18,510 nucleotides of DNA from Octopus sinensis (GCF_006345805.1 NW_021824483.1:1-18510), one strand, 5' to 3'. Positions 1-9,639 are shown, counted from the first letter of the stretch. The notes: generated by a model from the sequence alone, not told the origin. Made by a program: numbers and translations.

Positions 1-209
1 GTAGGGAGAGTATGTGAGAGGGGGAGAGACGTGGGAGATAAAACATCAGACCCTGCTGAGCATTGATATAATGAAAATGAAATAACCCGAAGGATATCAT
101 TTCAGATATCTCTTTTACATCACGATATTTGAAAAGTTATTTCTTGGATAACGTACGTGTTTCCTGTTTTAAGGTCTTATAGTTTACGGTCGCTTTTGAC
201 TCTATTCCA

Positions 210-234
210 TGTATATGTATATATCTATATATAC

Positions 235-269
<35 letters not shown>

Positions 270-475
270 CATAATACAAATGTATAGATGTGTATATAAT
301 AATATGAGTGTGTTTATATATATATATGTATATATATATACATATATATATATATATAGATATATGCCTATAGATGTAAACGAATATACATATATATGTG
401 TGTGTGTGTGTGTTTGTATGTATGTATGTGTGTGTGTTTGTATGTATGTATGTGTGTGTGTGCGTATGTATATCA
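210..475. repeat. Compound (TA)n/(TG)n/(TATG)n microsatellite
   Basis: Directly visible dinucleotide and tetranucleotide runs; explains ORFs 157..489 and 225..485. Confidence 0.95.
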
Positions 476-1062
476 TTGACGTCATATGAATTTTATAAAC
501 CTTCTTGAGAACGTGAAATTTTTCTTATTTAGAATAACATGAATTATACATATAAAGTTATACATATTACAGGTAAATTTCGGGTTTGTAATCCCTTTTG
601 GATAGAAAAAATTCCGAGGTTTCTACTTTTGTCAAGTCAGAATGAACTTGCCCAAATATACAGCTCTATGTGTATGTGTGTGTGTGTGTTGTGTGTGTGT
701 GTGTGTGTGTGCTTCGAGATATTCCAAAAGAGAGTTTTATATATATATGGAAACTACATCTCTGTTTTATTTTGCATCCATATTTATATTTTAGGCTAAA
801 TAATTAAATTCTTTTTCACAGTTAGAATAATTGGGTAACGTAACTTTGATGTATTAATCATGACCACTTTTATGCAACAAAACTTTAAAACTCCTAACAC
901 CTAAGTGTTAAAGTAATTAGCAATTTCAAGTCGATGTATTGTTACTACACACAGTGGTTCATAGCAGCGTGGAGTAAGTTAATACATTAGTCGTTAGATG
1001 GATCGGGGTTATGATATTCTGTAACATTCTTTTTATTGTTCAGTTGATTCTTGAGCATATAG

Positions 1063-1112
<50 letters not shown>

Positions 1113-1118
1113 TATATA

Positions 1119-1548
1119 ATATGTGAAATAGAAAGATGAATAATCTTGTTGTAGATTATCAAAAGTTAACCGATACCTTAGTAGCAAAAATCACAGCAGT
1201 AAACGTGGGAGATAAGACATCGGTCACTAAGAACATCTATAACCCCACCCTCACCCCCATGATTGACCGATGCCTGACCTGTAGAATTCTTCAGCCACCG
1301 GTTCTCAGCATACACTGATAAACAGTTTCGCCATGGCTCTTAGGAGCATAGTTCGATTTGGTTTTTTGCTCCGCCTCTGTTCTGTTTTTGTTTCTCTAAC
1401 GGATTTCCTTTTTTCTTCCTGAAGAGAAAGACACAATATGGTCCCATTATTCAATCGGATTTTGGTAATTTGTGCCTTTCGAAACACGTGTAGAAAAATA
1501 ACGATTTCTGTTCAATCTGCGTTCAGCTCCATTTCTTCAATTCACCAA
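1119..1548 (+). mobile_element. Putative non-autonomous Penelope-like or retrozyme-like element carrying a hammerhead, embedded in (TA)n
   Basis: Unique ~430-bp non-coding segment flanked by (TA)n on both sides (about 1063-1118 and 1549-1650), with a type I hammerhead near its 3' end. Penelope-like elements are known to carry such minimal type I hammerheads. Boundaries are inferred from the microsatellite edges. Confidence 0.5.
1411..1501 (+). ncRNA. Type I hammerhead ribozyme (full catalytic core, predicted cleavage after GUA at 1492)
   Basis: Core CUGAAGA 1419-1425. Stem II GAAAGACACAA 1426-1436 pairs with UUGUGCCUUUC 1470-1480 (10 of 11 pairs, one A-C mismatch). GAAA 1481-1484. Stem III A1484-U1491 and C1485-G1490 with palindromic loop ACGU. 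Cleavage triplet GUA 1490-1492. Stem I C1418-G1493, U1417-A1494, U1416-A1495, one mismatch, then two more U-A pairs. Confidence 0.85.
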
Positions 1549-1550
1549 TA

Positions 1551-1627
<77 letters not shown>

Positions 1628-1650
1628 GCTATATATGTATATATATATAT

Positions 1651-1849
1651 AAGTTAATCCAAACAAGAAAGCACAAAAAACACAAAACCGTGAGGACGTG
1701 GAACAAATATAGTATTATTGGACGCTCAGGAAAGAAGGAGGGTCTAAAGTTTCGAGCGGAGCTCTTCGTCGGAAACATGGAGAAGGAAAGATCCAGAGAA
1801 GGGAAGACGAGGGAAAAAAATCGTCAACGGTACACACGAGGTCACATTG
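1651..1849 (-). mobile_element. Short (TA)n-embedded element with degenerate hammerhead-like motif (Penelope-like terminal fragment)
   Basis: ~200-bp unique segment between two (TA)n tracts. Minus strand reads pyrimidine-rich leader, then GTTT-CCGACGA-A-GAGC-TCC-GCTC-GAAAC-TTT-AGAC. Confidence 0.45.
1741..1776 (-). ncRNA. Degenerate minimal type I hammerhead motif
   Basis: CCGACGA (U4 to C relative to CUGANGA), extra A, 4-bp stem II GAGC/GCUC, GAAAC, then UUU (G16.2 missing), stem I GUUU/AGAC. Two deviations from the canonical core, so probably inactive. Confidence 0.45.
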
Positions 1850-2083
1850 TATATATATATATATATTATATATATATATATATATATACATACACACATA
1901 CAAAGAGGGAGAAAGAGAGACAAACATTGATGATGGATATACATATATACGTATGTATATATATATATGTACGAATATATATACATGTATACGTATATAT
2001 ATATATGTATATATACAAATATGTGTGTATATAAATGTATACATATATATATGTGTGTTTATACATCTCGGTGTATATATGTA

Positions 2084-2278
2084 TTTATCCACCCCACCAT
2101 CGCTTGACAACCGATTCTAGTGTACATACGTCACCGTAACATGGCGGTTCGACAAAAAAGCACCGATAGACTAAGTGTTTAGCTTACAAATAGTGAGCCC
2201 TGGGGTCGTTTTGCTCGACTAAAGGTGGTGCTCCAGCATCGCCGCAGACACATCACTGAAATAGAGAAAAGAGTAAAG
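2084..2278 (+). mobile_element. 3' half of microsatellite-containing SINE (family D)
   Basis: Shares ccaccatcgcttgacaaccg...cgtaac...ggttcg...ccgatag...ctggggtcg...aaggtggtgctccagcat...actgaaa with 3499-3675 and 5081-5290; preceded by (TA)/(TG) microsatellite. Confidence 0.7.
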
Positions 2279-2328
2279 GTGGTTATATATATATGTGTGT
2301 GTGTGTGTGTTGTGTGTGTTGTGTGTGT

Positions 2329-2572
2329 GGAGGCACATGGCCTAGTGGTTAGAGCAGCGGATTGTGGTCGAGGGGTCGCAAGTTCGAATATAAGACCGGG
2401 TGATGTGTGTGTTTATGAGCGAAATACCTAAGCTCCACTCGGCTCCGGTAGAATATAATGGGGAAATTCTGCTGACAACTTTCTTTTTCCGCCACATCTT
2501 TCTCTCACTCTTACCTCCTGCATTTTGCAGCTCACCTGCGACAGACCGGCGTCCCGTCCAGGTGGGGAATCT
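2329..2572 (+). mobile_element. tRNA-derived SINE, shared head with tail type B
   Basis: A box tggcctagtgg (2338-2348), B box agttcgaat (about 2381-2389), body tgtttatgagcgaaatacctaagctccac as in 4691-4995, but a different 3' tail; ends in (TA)n. Confidence 0.85.
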
Positions 2573-2939
2573 ATATATATATATGTGCGTGTGTGTGTAT
2601 ATGTGTGTGTGTATGTATATATATATATTTATATATGGCAAACGAAAAGCGGAAGATGGATTATACGTAGATTTATTATTATTAACGACCATAAGCTATA
2701 ATGCATTATATACATACATATATATATATGTGTATATATATATATATAGAGGGAGAGAGAGAGAGATAGATAGAGAGATATGCATACATATATACGTAGG
2801 CAGGTATGTAGATAGGTATGTATGTATAGTGCCGGAAGGGAAAATTGTTAGTAGCACCGAAGTTACGATGTGATTGTATGATAATGGAGTTGAGTAAATA
2901 TATCATGAATATATGTAGCCTTAAATGCATACGGTTATG

Positions 2940-3047
2940 CATATATATACCTATTCATCTATGTATCTATCTATCTATATATCTATCTATCTATCTATAT
3001 ATCTCTATCTATCTATCTATCTATCTATCTATATATCTATCTATCTA

Positions 3048-3101
<54 letters not shown>

Positions 3102-3195
3102 ATATAGACATGTATACACACCTCTTATACATCATATACATGTACATATACATATACATATATATACATACACGTCATTATATACATCTATAATA

Positions 3196-3237
<42 letters not shown>
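2940..3237. repeat. (TATC)n/(TA)n/(CATA)n compound microsatellite
   Basis: Directly visible. Confidence 0.95.
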
Positions 3238-3240
<3 letters not shown>

Positions 3241-3292
3241 GAGCGCGTTGTGAGTGTTTATTGAGCGAATTCGGACATTTGTTTTACCCATA

Positions 3293-3348
<56 letters not shown>

Positions 3349-3424
3349 TATATACATATATACATAATATACATATACATACACACACAGACACCACAGG
3401 TAGACACACGCACACACACACGTG

Positions 3425-3458
<34 letters not shown>

Positions 3459-3498
3459 CGTAAATATTACCTTAGTGTAATGCTTGTCAGATACAGAC

Positions 3499-3675
3499 AC
3501 AACCGGTGTTGGTGTGTTTATGTCTTCGGAACTTAGCAATTCGGCAAAACAGGACGATAGAATAAGTACCAAGTTTAAGAAAACGTTTTGGGCCGGCTGG
3601 TACATTCCTACTATAAATAATTCAAGGTGGCGCACCAGCATGGCTGTAGTCTGTATCTGACAAGCATTACTGAAA
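3499..3675 (+). mobile_element. 3' half of microsatellite-containing SINE (family D)
   Basis: Aligns over ~150 bp with 5104-5260 (ccggtgttg...aacttagca.ttcggcaaaacag.acgatagaataagt...tacattcctactataaataattcaagg.ggcgcaccagcatggct). Confidence 0.85.
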
Positions 3676-4035
3676 TTATTGAAATATATTGAAATATATA
3701 ACTTGACATAAAACATGCACTAATATGTCTTTCTGTCTGTGTTGTATGTAACATGAACACAAGGAATATAAGAATATGCAAACGAATATTTGAAATACTA
3801 CGATACCAGGGCAATAACTTAACGTACATATGTTTAACAGAGACGCATATATAATCTTAATGTCGTATAACCATGTATGCGCTCAAAATGGCTATATTAA
3901 TCTGTCTATACATAGAATAACAGCCAAACAAAACGTGTGGAAAATTCGTCTGCGTACCAACGAAAACCTGTATGCTCACGAATAGACTGAACTACACAGA
4001 ACATATGCACTTATATAGATATATATGCATGTATA

Positions 4036-4140
4036 AGCGCGTTTCCCAATCAGATAGTTTCGGGTTCAGTTCCACTTTCTGTCACATTGAGCAAGTGTCT
4101 TCCTATTATAGTCTCGGGCCGACCGAACTCTTTGGACTGG

Positions 4141-4144
<4 letters not shown>
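4036..4144 (+). mobile_element. 5' half (tRNA head plus CORE-like segment) of microsatellite-containing SINE (family D)
   Basis: B-box-like gggttcagttcc 4062-4073 followed by ttgagcaagtgtcttcctattatagtctcgggccgacc; similar to 16755-16925 (-) and 12150-12283; runs into (TA)n. Confidence 0.7.
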
Positions 4145-4205
<61 letters not shown>

Positions 4206-4239
4206 GTGTGTGTTGTGTGTGTGTATATATGTATATATA

Positions 4240-4543
4240 ACTTAGAAAGGTTTTGGCCAGTATTGGCCCAGGTCATGTCTAACTTAATAGCACTACCTGG
4301 CGAAGTCTTTCAATTCAGGATTTGGGTACCAAGGCCCATTCGAGCAGAGAGTTATTGTTTGCGGAGACATATCCGGTGTGGGTGGTTTGTCCGGGACTGT
4401 TTGAAGGAATTTGTCCAAGACTTCTTGAATTTTGTGTGGTCAGTCTCTTTTTTGACGTGTCCTGGTGTAATGTTGAGAGAGCGGGTCCAATTGAGGAGAA
4501 ATAGTTGTCCCGTATTGTCGTTATGTGGTGCGATTTAGATTTT
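4240..4543 (-). mobile_element. 5'-truncated CR1/L2-group LINE, ORF2 C-terminus and 3' UTR
   Basis: Minus strand across frameshifts reads HITTIRDNYFSSIGPAL / TDHTKFKK / LDKFLQTVPDKPPTP / GYVSANNNSLLEWA, stop at 4315-4317. This matches the C-terminal ORF2 pattern I recall for CR1/L2-group elements (FKxxLDKFLxxVPDxP...GY...NSLL). Confidence 0.75.
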
Positions 4544-4547
4544 ATAT

Positions 4548-4616
<69 letters not shown>

Positions 4617-4617
4617 T

Positions 4618-4663
<46 letters not shown>

Positions 4664-4690
4664 GTGTGGTGTGTGTGTGTGTGTTTGTGT

Positions 4691-4995
4691 GGAGGCGCAA
4701 TGGCCTAGTGGTAAGGGCAGCGGACTCGCGGTCGCAGGATCGCGATTTCGATTCCCAGACCGGGCGTTGTGAGTGTTTATTGAGCGAAAACACCTAAAAG
4801 CACCACGAGGCTCCGCAGGGGTTGGTGATCCCTGCTGTACTCTTTCACCACTCTTTCTACCACTCTTTCTTCTGTTGGCCTGCTCGCTTAGCCAGCGGGG
4901 TGGCGTCATTCAAAGGCTAAAACAATGCGAAAGCATTTTGACCAGCGATGTGTAACAACATCTGATGGTCTGGTCGGTCACGTGATCACGTGATA
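4691..4995 (+). mobile_element. tRNA-derived SINE, full length, tail type A (copy 1)
   Basis: A box tggcctagtgg, B box tttcgattcc; aligns end to end with 7771-8072; preceded by (TG)n and followed by (TA)n. Confidence 0.92.
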
Positions 4996-4999
4996 TATA

Positions 5000-5062
<63 letters not shown>

Positions 5063-5080
5063 GTGTGTGTATCTATGTCT

Positions 5081-5290
5081 CTGTATCTGACCCCACCTTC
5101 CACCACTTGCCAGCCGGTGTTGTTGTGTTTATGTCCTCGTAACTTAGCAGTTCGGCAAAACAGAACGATAGAATAAGTTCCAGGATTAAGAAAACATTTT
5201 GGGCCGGTTGCTACATTCCTACTATAAATAATTCAAGGCGGCGCACCAGCATGGCTACAGTCTAAAGACTGACTGAAATGAAAAGGCAAA
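5081..5290 (+). mobile_element. 3' half of microsatellite-containing SINE (family D)
   Basis: Aligns with 3499-3675 and, more distantly, 2084-2278; ends actgaaatgaaaagg. Confidence 0.85.
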
Positions 5291-5544
5291 CGATATATAT
5301 ATGCGCGTGTGTGTGTATGTGTGTGTATTCTGTATACGTGTATTTGTGTTGCCGTCACAGAACCCATGTTTTTATTTTCATCATGAAATAATAAATAAAA
5401 GTTGTGTTAAGTCGATTTCCTTAATAAAGAGAGGTCTAAATATCACAAAAATTTGCATTGCACTGCAAACGGTAGGTATGAAAATAATATACTATTTCTG
5501 AGATATTTCGGTAAGACGCAAGCATCTCTAAAGTTCTAGTATGG

Positions 5545-5569
5545 TTATTATTATTATTATTACTATTAC

Positions 5570-5617
<48 letters not shown>

Positions 5618-5709
5618 CATCATCATCATTATATAGACAAAGTGAGCGACTCAATTACTAATGACACAATAAGTAGTGTGGTGCATTACGAATCGATAAG
5701 ACTGAAAAG

Positions 5710-5756
<47 letters not shown>

Positions 5757-5757
5757 T

Positions 5758-5837
<80 letters not shown>
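5545..5837. repeat. (TTA)n-(TCA)n tract (5545-5632) and (CTA)n tract (5710-5837)
   Basis: Directly visible; source of the poly-N, poly-T and poly-S ORFs. Confidence 0.95.
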
Positions 5838-6133
5838 ATCATAAGCGAGTGAAGATTCAAAAACGAATAGGGTTCCTTTCTATTGTTAATTTCTTCCTTC
5901 TCAACTGCATTTCTCAACTTAATTTCTCCCAGTCTTCTGAGTTTGATAGTATTGAAATAAAGGAGAGAAATAAGACGTAATCACTCCCAGGGAATCCATA
6001 TAATGGTAACAGCATGAACATTAGAAACATACCAAAATTAGTTCGTGTTTAGAATACATGTAGAGATATTTGTGTTTTTCTTGTGAACCTCTTTGCGTGT
6101 ATATATGTTTGGGTATATATATATATATATATG

Positions 6134-6184
<51 letters not shown>

Positions 6185-6499
6185 TATTTGTGTGTGTGTG
6201 TGTGTGTGTATGTGTGTGTGTGTATAATTATACAATTTTATGTAGAGATTGTTAACTATATTATATCATATGCGTATATATATATTATATATATATATAT
6301 TGGCAACGAAATCAGTGAGTTTTTAAACATTCTTTTCCTTGACTAAATGGCCTGATATATTCATATCTATCTGTCTATATATATACATAAATATATACAT
6401 TCATGCATGCATATATATATATTATATATATATACATGTTGGTAGCCATATAGGTGAGTTTTTTTAATATTGAATTTCCAGACAAAATACTCTAATGCA

Positions 6500-6775
<276 letters not shown>

Positions 6776-7687
6776 GGCTGATACGCCAATGTCTTGTATT
6801 TGGCGCGTAAGAGGATTTAACAGAGCGCTGGCGGTGTAGGCGTAATTGAATATGAACGTATACGTGCATGTAAACGTCTCGATATGTAATAACGTGTGTA
6901 TTGGACAAATGAATCTGGTCAACAGCAAGAGTTCTCTGGCAAACAAAGTATTTTATTGACTGTAAATATACTTAAATAGTGAATAGCAGAATCGCAACGA
7001 ATGCATAATAACCTTATTCATATCATAGGGAGACGGTTAAAAGAAAAGCTGTAGATACTATTATAGCATAAAGTACAATAGAGAATATTATACCTGACTA
7101 AGTAAACAATTAAATGTTTAGATCGATAAAAGGTACCAGAAGTACTAAGACATATGTATATTTATTATATCAATTTATGTATGATTTTATGCATGTATGT
7201 ATTTATGTGTCCTACGTATTATGTGTATATTTATATATGGCGGTTTGCTTCAATTTACGTCCGTTTTTAAGTATGTTTTCTGTGCCCTTAGATTGTTTTT
7301 CTCTTAAGAAATTAATTGATAAAATAATCCTCAACTTTAGTTGATTTATCCGACTTTATGTCAGTCTCAGCGAAAATATTTAGAAAATAAAAATCTAAAC
7401 AAAGAGCGACAAAGCATGAACGATAATAAAATGGAAAAAATCAACTGAAATGTACGTGAAATCATGTACAAACCATCTATTAAAACAGATATAATCTTGT
7501 AAATGTTTTTAAAATATTTCATTCGTTTTACGTCGATTTTCGTGTTAAGTCGCCTGTCTTAGAACCAGTTACAGATATAAAATGAGTTATAACTACACAT
7601 ACACACTATCTCACACACACTCATATCTATCTATCTACCTGTCTCTCTGTTTGTCTATCTATCTATCTATCTATCTCTCTCTCTCTA

Positions 7688-7719
<32 letters not shown>

Positions 7720-7770
7720 GGTGTGTGTGTGTGTGTGTGTGTTGTGTGTGTGTGTGTGTGGTGTGTGTGT

Positions 7771-8063
7771 AGGCGCAATGGCCCACTGTTTGGGCAGCGG
7801 ACTCGCGGTCGTAGGATCGCGGTTTTGATTCCCAGACCGGCGTTGTGAGTGTTTATTGAGCGAAAACACCTTAAAGCTCCACAAGGCTCTGGCAGGGGGT
7901 GGTGATTCCTGCTGTACTCTTTCATCACTCTTTCTTTCACTCTTTCTTCTGTTGGCCTGCTCGCTTAGCCAGCGGGGTGGCGTCATTCGAAGGCTAAAAC
8001 AATGCGAAAGCATTTTGACCACCGATGTGTAACAACATCTGAAGGTCTGGTCGGTCACGTGAT

Positions 8064-8072
<9 letters not shown>
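7771..8072 (+). mobile_element. tRNA-derived SINE, full length, tail type A (copy 2)
   Basis: Aligns end to end with 4691-4995; same (TG)n upstream and (TA)n downstream context. Confidence 0.92.
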
Positions 8073-8107
<35 letters not shown>

Positions 8108-8225
8108 CACAAATGTGTATGCAATTTTTACGCATACCGGCTCTTGATTTTACAAGCTATAAGTCGTTTTATGCTATATAAGTCTCTGGACTGGCTAGCT
8201 GACCCGCCAGCAACTATAACGAATA

Positions 8226-8274
8226 GGCGGTGTTGATAAGCCACAAAAACAGCGAAACATCGATGTCCATCACT
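8226..8274 (+). ncRNA. Fossil type I hammerhead ribozyme
   Basis: Stem I GGCGGUG 8226-8232 with CAUCACU 8268-8274. Core UUGAUAA 8233-8239 (canonical CUGAUGA). Stem II GCC/AGC. GAAA 8254-8257. Stem III ACA/UGU with palindromic loop UCGA. Cleavage triplet GUC 8265-8267. Confidence 0.6.
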
Positions 8275-8346
8275 CCCAAATGGGATTGATGGTGAGTTAT
8301 CTCGCCTGTCTCTGGCTCTACGATGTTTTAACACCGGCGTCATGAG

Positions 8347-8371
8347 AGTAGTGGTGGTGGTGGTGTTAGTG

Positions 8372-8408
<37 letters not shown>

Positions 8409-8445
8409 TAGTAGTAGTAGTAGATAACGGTGGTGGTTGTAGCAG
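8347..8445. repeat. (GGT)n/(GTA)n trinucleotide tract
   Basis: Directly visible. Confidence 0.9.
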
Positions 8446-8503
8446 GTGGTATTAGTGGTAGTGCTCATGATGGTACTAGTTAAAGTAATTTGTTACTCCA
8501 GAG

Positions 8504-8721
8504 CAGTGCTTTCCAAACTTTTGCTGGAGCGGAACCCCAAGGAAACATTCCACTGGCTCGAGGAACCCCTGTGCAATAATTTAATAGTCGTATGCACACA
8601 TATCTGCACAGGAGAATTAAAAATTACTGCCGATTTTAGCAGTTTTGTAACTTCTCGTGGAACCCCTAGACTGTACTGGCGGAACCCTAAGGTTCCGTGG
8701 AACCCTGGTTGAAAACCACTG
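8504..8721. mobile_element. hAT (Charlie-like) MITE, 218 bp, intact ends
   Basis: TIRs CAGTGCTTTCCAAAC and (reverse complement) CAGTGGTTTTCAACC. Perfect 8-bp TSD CTCCAGAG at 8496-8503 and 8722-8729, close to the Charlie NTCTAGAN preference. Repeated subterminal GGAACCC motifs. Confidence 0.92.
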
Positions 8722-8894
8722 CTCCAGAGCCTTGAGGTATATTTTGTACCACTTTATTCCCGTGGCTCCTATATATCTGAAGCCAGCTTTGCATTTTATT
8801 CTGTCTGAGCCGATAATATAGGGTACCCCTGAAATACTTGCCTCAGTGTTCCAGGCTTCGTAGAATTAAATTCATCAATTACATTAATCCTTTC

Positions 8895-9075
8895 CATTAT
8901 AAGTAGAAGACCAGAATTTAGAGTGGGTGGGAAGAACTAGCCGATTTCATCAAACCCAGTGTTCAGATGGCACGTATTGTATCAACTCCCAAAAGAATAA
9001 AAAGCAAAGACTACCTCAGTGAAATTTGAACCCCAGAACGTAAAGATGGACGGATTTCGTCGCCATCTCACCGCC
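8895..9075 (-). mobile_element. Old, diverged tRNA-derived SINE (family E)
   Basis: atcaaacccagtg...tatcaactcccaaaagaataaaaagcaaagactacctcagtgaaatttgaaccccagaacgtaa aligns with 16478-16570. Confidence 0.7.
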
Positions 9076-9639
9076 CTAGCATTAATTCCATTTGTCTCCC
9101 ATTATAAGTTTTGAATCATGTTCCCTTCAACTTCTAGTATTTGTTGTTAACTCAGGGGCAGTCCAGTGACTCTCAGTAGCACCGCAATCATTCCGAAACT
9201 ATTTTTACTCCTGACCTTATGTATTATCCATGTCTACACCATATCTAGAACATATAAAATGGGTAGGATCTGATGTGAGATAGTTTTTGGCTGTTATTTC
9301 TAGCAACTCGTGGAAAAGCTGGTTGAGACATGTCAACGAGGACAACCTGTATATGGTCTCCAAACTTGCTAGAAACAATAACCAAATTTCCTTCCAATAA
9401 TACTCTGATTTCTGATATAATGGCAGGACACTATGACAGCTTGAAATAGAACACTCTTGTTCTACTTCTACATACACATAAAATCTAATCGTTCACGGCG
9501 GAGATACATTAGATCAGAAGTCTGTACGGTCAGGATTGACCTAGGGTTATATAGCAACAACAGGAACAGCAAGAAATCTATAGAACTTACCAGAGCGTGG
9601 GAATATTGAAATATTGTTTATTAGTTCATTTATCGTTTC

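Noticed and set aside
78-195. Minus-strand C(UUCG)G hairpin (78-104) and GAAACACGTACGTT hammerhead-like 3' half (about 150-165)
   Set aside because: The upstream core reads CTATAAGA rather than CUGANGA, and stems I and II do not pair in register.
1315-1350. Minus-strand CCTAAGA-GCCATGGC-GAAAC-TGTT hammerhead-like string
   Set aside because: Two core mismatches (U4, G5), stem II loop too small, no stem I.
157-3716. Many YI-, CV- and HT-rich ORFs in the ORF track (also 6038-6946, 12121-13145, 15288-15833, 16505-17994)
   Set aside because: Translations of dinucleotide, trinucleotide and tetranucleotide repeats that lack stop codons; no protein-like content.
5361-5471. AG...GT-bounded 111-nt open frame (NPCFYFHHEIINKSC...)
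   Set aside because: AT-rich, no recognisable domain; such splice-like signals are expected by chance.
8157-8291. 135-nt segment between TTTTACAAG and a strong GTGAGT donor
   Set aside because: Stops in all three frames; overlaps the fossil hammerhead unit.
9217-9477. 86-aa non-repetitive minus-strand ORF
   Set aside because: No recognisable motif; overlaps suspected decayed repeat.
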